Notes under the pieces: generated by a model
Database searches by the model: none
What the model saw: the letters and a program-made list of their open reading frames with translations, nothing else
Told to the model about the DNA's origin: nothing
Program-made: the position numbers and the translations under genes
Source: Camelus dromedarius
Taxonomy: Eukaryota
Length of the DNA stretch: 64,000 nucleotides
Assembly (NCBI RefSeq): GCF_036321535.1
Contig: NC_087437.1
Location: 116,314,001-116,378,000 of the forward strand
Direction: 5' to 3'
Shown: one piece after another, positions 62,330 to 64,000 of the stretch
How the letters are laid out: every line of letters begins with the position of its first letter
Numbering within the stretch: the first letter of the stretch is position 1

Positions 62330-64000
62330 ATAATTACCGATTTCGAATTTTATTGCACTTTGGCCAGTGAATGAAGTCTACATGAAAGTGATTTTTTAAA
62401 TCCTGGTGGTTACTCTTTTGGTGGCCTACGACATGGTCAATTTCTGCAAAAGTCCTTTGAGCGCTTAAAAAGAAGGCATATCTTCTCATCGTTGAGTGCA
62501 GATTTCTATAAATAACCACTGAATCAAAATTAGTAACGCATACGTAATTTTCACATCATTAATCTATCAAATGCTGAGAAAGCCAAATTAAAATCTCTCA
62601 CTAAAGTGGATTTGTCTATTTCTCCATAGAGTTCTTTATGTATTTTAAGACTATGTTATTATGTGTTTACAATTTTATCATTTTATATATTCTTTATAAA
62701 TATAAACTTTTAAAAATTATGTGATAACCCTTAATTTTCTACAGTAATGCTTTCTGCTTTCTGTTTCCATTCTTGTTTGCTTTATTTTGATTGGAATTTG
62801 ACTAATATGTCTTGTCCCATCTGTTTGCTCTCAGTCCTTCTCTGTGGTAGATGTTTCTGTAAATAGTACTTAACTAACTTTGGAGTTTTTTTTTTTAATC
62901 TACTTTATCACTTTCTGTCTTTCATGGCGAGTTTGGTCACTTACATTTATTGTTACTGACATATCTGATTTCTACCACTTTATGCTTTCTATTACTGTCT
63001 GTTCCTCTTTAGTTCTCCTTTCCAAATGTCTGATTGGATTCATCCATTTTCCTTTGTTCCTTTTTTTTTTGTTTCTTTCCTCTCTAATGGTTGACTGTTC
63101 AACATTCTACTTCTATTTCTTTGTTTGTCAGTCTTTAAACAAAATCTAAATTTAATCACCAAATGTCCTTTTCCCAAAGAATGCAAGGATCTGGGGAACC
63201 TTCAACTCTAGTCATTCACCCTTAATCTTATCCGATAATGTTGGCCAGTATTTCTATTCCACCTTGTCCCTCTACTCCCCAGATAGGACGCTGTGTTGTC
63301 AGTTCACATCCATTTCTTGCTAGATCTGCCCTCATATTAACCAGTTTCATTGCAACCGTGTCCTTATATTTCACTCCTTTCTTCTAAGATCTGTTCTCTC
63401 TTTTTGTTTACTAAATCTTGCGTTACTCCCTAAAGTGAAGGTCAGTTAGCAACCAACTCTCACCCTTTGTTTGAAAGTATCTTTATTTCACTCTCAATTT
63501 ACATAATAGTTTAGAATGTACTCTCTATGTAGTTAGTTTCCTTTGTATTCCTCTGAAGTTTATTTAAAGATATTATTCTAAAGGATCCATTGACTTTACC
63601 AAGTTACTAAATGAGTCTGTGGCAGAAAAAAGAGAGAAAAAAAAAAAAAGGTTAAGAGACCAGAAGATATTTAGAGTTTTGTCAGTTTCCCCCAGCTCAC
63701 TGGAGATTTTCCTCTACTGCCCTCTGTGGTCTGTTTTGTTGTTGAGAAGTTTGCTGGCCTCATAACTATCATTATTTTTAGACAGTCTGTTTTTATTCTT
63801 TAGTTGGCTCTAAAATACTTTGTCTTTGGTGTTCTGTGGTCTCACCATAATGTGATTAGAGCAGACTAATTCTTATTTATTCTTCTCTGACTGGTGCTTC
63901 CTGTATTTGGAGAATGGTTTTGTTCATCAGTTTTGGGAAAGTCTTAGGTTTTATCTCTTCAAATATTTCATCTCTTCCATTCTCTTTATTTCCTTCTTTC
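62330..64000 (-). mobile_element. Ancient degenerate LINE-1 (ORF2 endonuclease region and upstream)
   Basis: ORF 62334..62519 (YRNLHST..YAFFLSAQRTFAEIDHVVGHQ) resembles the L1 endonuclease; T-rich antisense composition. Confidence 0.75.

Overview
Mammalian genomic DNA, probably a camelid (inferred from Vic-1-like tRNA-derived SINEs). The right half holds the 3' part of the ETS transcription factor gene ERG on the minus strand: seven coding exons (55634 down to the stop at 36075), all bounded by canonical GT-AG sites, encoding the PNT domain, the 81- and 72-nt alternative exons and the ETS domain, followed by the 3' UTR. The rest is intronic or intergenic DNA dense in L1, L2, MIR, SINE, LTR and MER remnants; repeat subfamily names are from recognition, not a database search. 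I see no new multi-gene system, CRISPR array or true RNA gene. The most notable structures are: (1) a 153-bp direct repeat with the geometry of an oversized L1 target-site duplication, bracketing a ~9.3-kb block; (2) inside that block, a CpG-rich MIA2/cTAGE5-like retrocopy fragment with an open frame; (3) a frameshifted homologue of the human ERG8 intronic tail; (4) a twin-primed inverted L1; (5) three co-oriented CTCF-like motifs.
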